The translations under genes and the position numbers were made by a program. A stretch of DNA of 64,000 nt from Heterodontus francisci (taxonomy: Eukaryota), in assembly GCF_036365525.1 (NCBI RefSeq), contig NC_090419.1, forward strand, positions 13,020,001-13,084,000. Direction: 5' to 3'. The notes beneath the pieces are model-generated. The model made no database searches, was not told where the DNA came from, and was given only the letters and a program-made list of their open reading frames with translations. Shown here in pieces: positions 63,713 through 64,000 of the stretch; within the stretch, counting starts at the first letter, position 1; every line of letters begins with the position of its first letter.

Positions 63713-64000
63713 GAATCCAATGGACCCAAACCCCTTCCCGTTCACTCCCACTGTACACAATCCCAATGGACCCAAACGCCTTCCCGTTCATTCCCACTGT
63801 ACACAATCCCAATGGACCCAAACGCCTTCCCGTTCATTCCCACTGTACACAATCCCAATGGACCCAAACCCCTTCCCATTCACTCCCATTGTACACAATC
63901 CTAATGGACCCAAACCCCTTCCCGTTCACTCCCATTGTACACAATCCCAATGGACCCAAACGCCTTCCCGTTCATTCCCACTGTACACAATCCCAATGGA
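63713..64000. repeat. 46-bp tandem repeat (AATCCCAATGGACCCAAACGCCTTCCCGTTCATTCCCACTGTACAC)
   Basis: TGGACCCAAA recurs every 46 bp (63721, 63767...). Confidence 0.93.

Overview
Eukaryotic, cartilaginous-fish (shark-like) genomic DNA, inferred from HE1/V-SINE, Deu-domain SINE and CR1 content. It has two N-gaps (25391-25590, 46417-46618). Genes: first coding exon of a UBE2N/Ubc13-like gene (-, 6497-6526); complete 4-coding-exon EBP (-, 12174-14538); PORCN (+, 21837-29388) head-to-head with EBP, with one exon lost in a gap and two 1-bp homopolymer deletions; and the first three coding exons of an SLC51A/OST-alpha-like gene (+, from 60839). Over 40% of the window is tandem repeat: a 22-bp array (1-6220), a 39/40-bp array (30330-42690), and an (AT)n-containing ~40-bp array grading into a ~32-bp array (42975-51200). 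The many long ORFs in these arrays are artefacts. The most notable feature is a full-length Tx1-type (L1 clade) non-LTR retrotransposon (51504-58281) inserted in exact register into a ~70-bp tandem repeat. Downstream of it, the poly(A)/target junction recurs twice more. This suggests a sequence-specific retrotransposon targeting, and possibly amplifying, a shark minisatellite.
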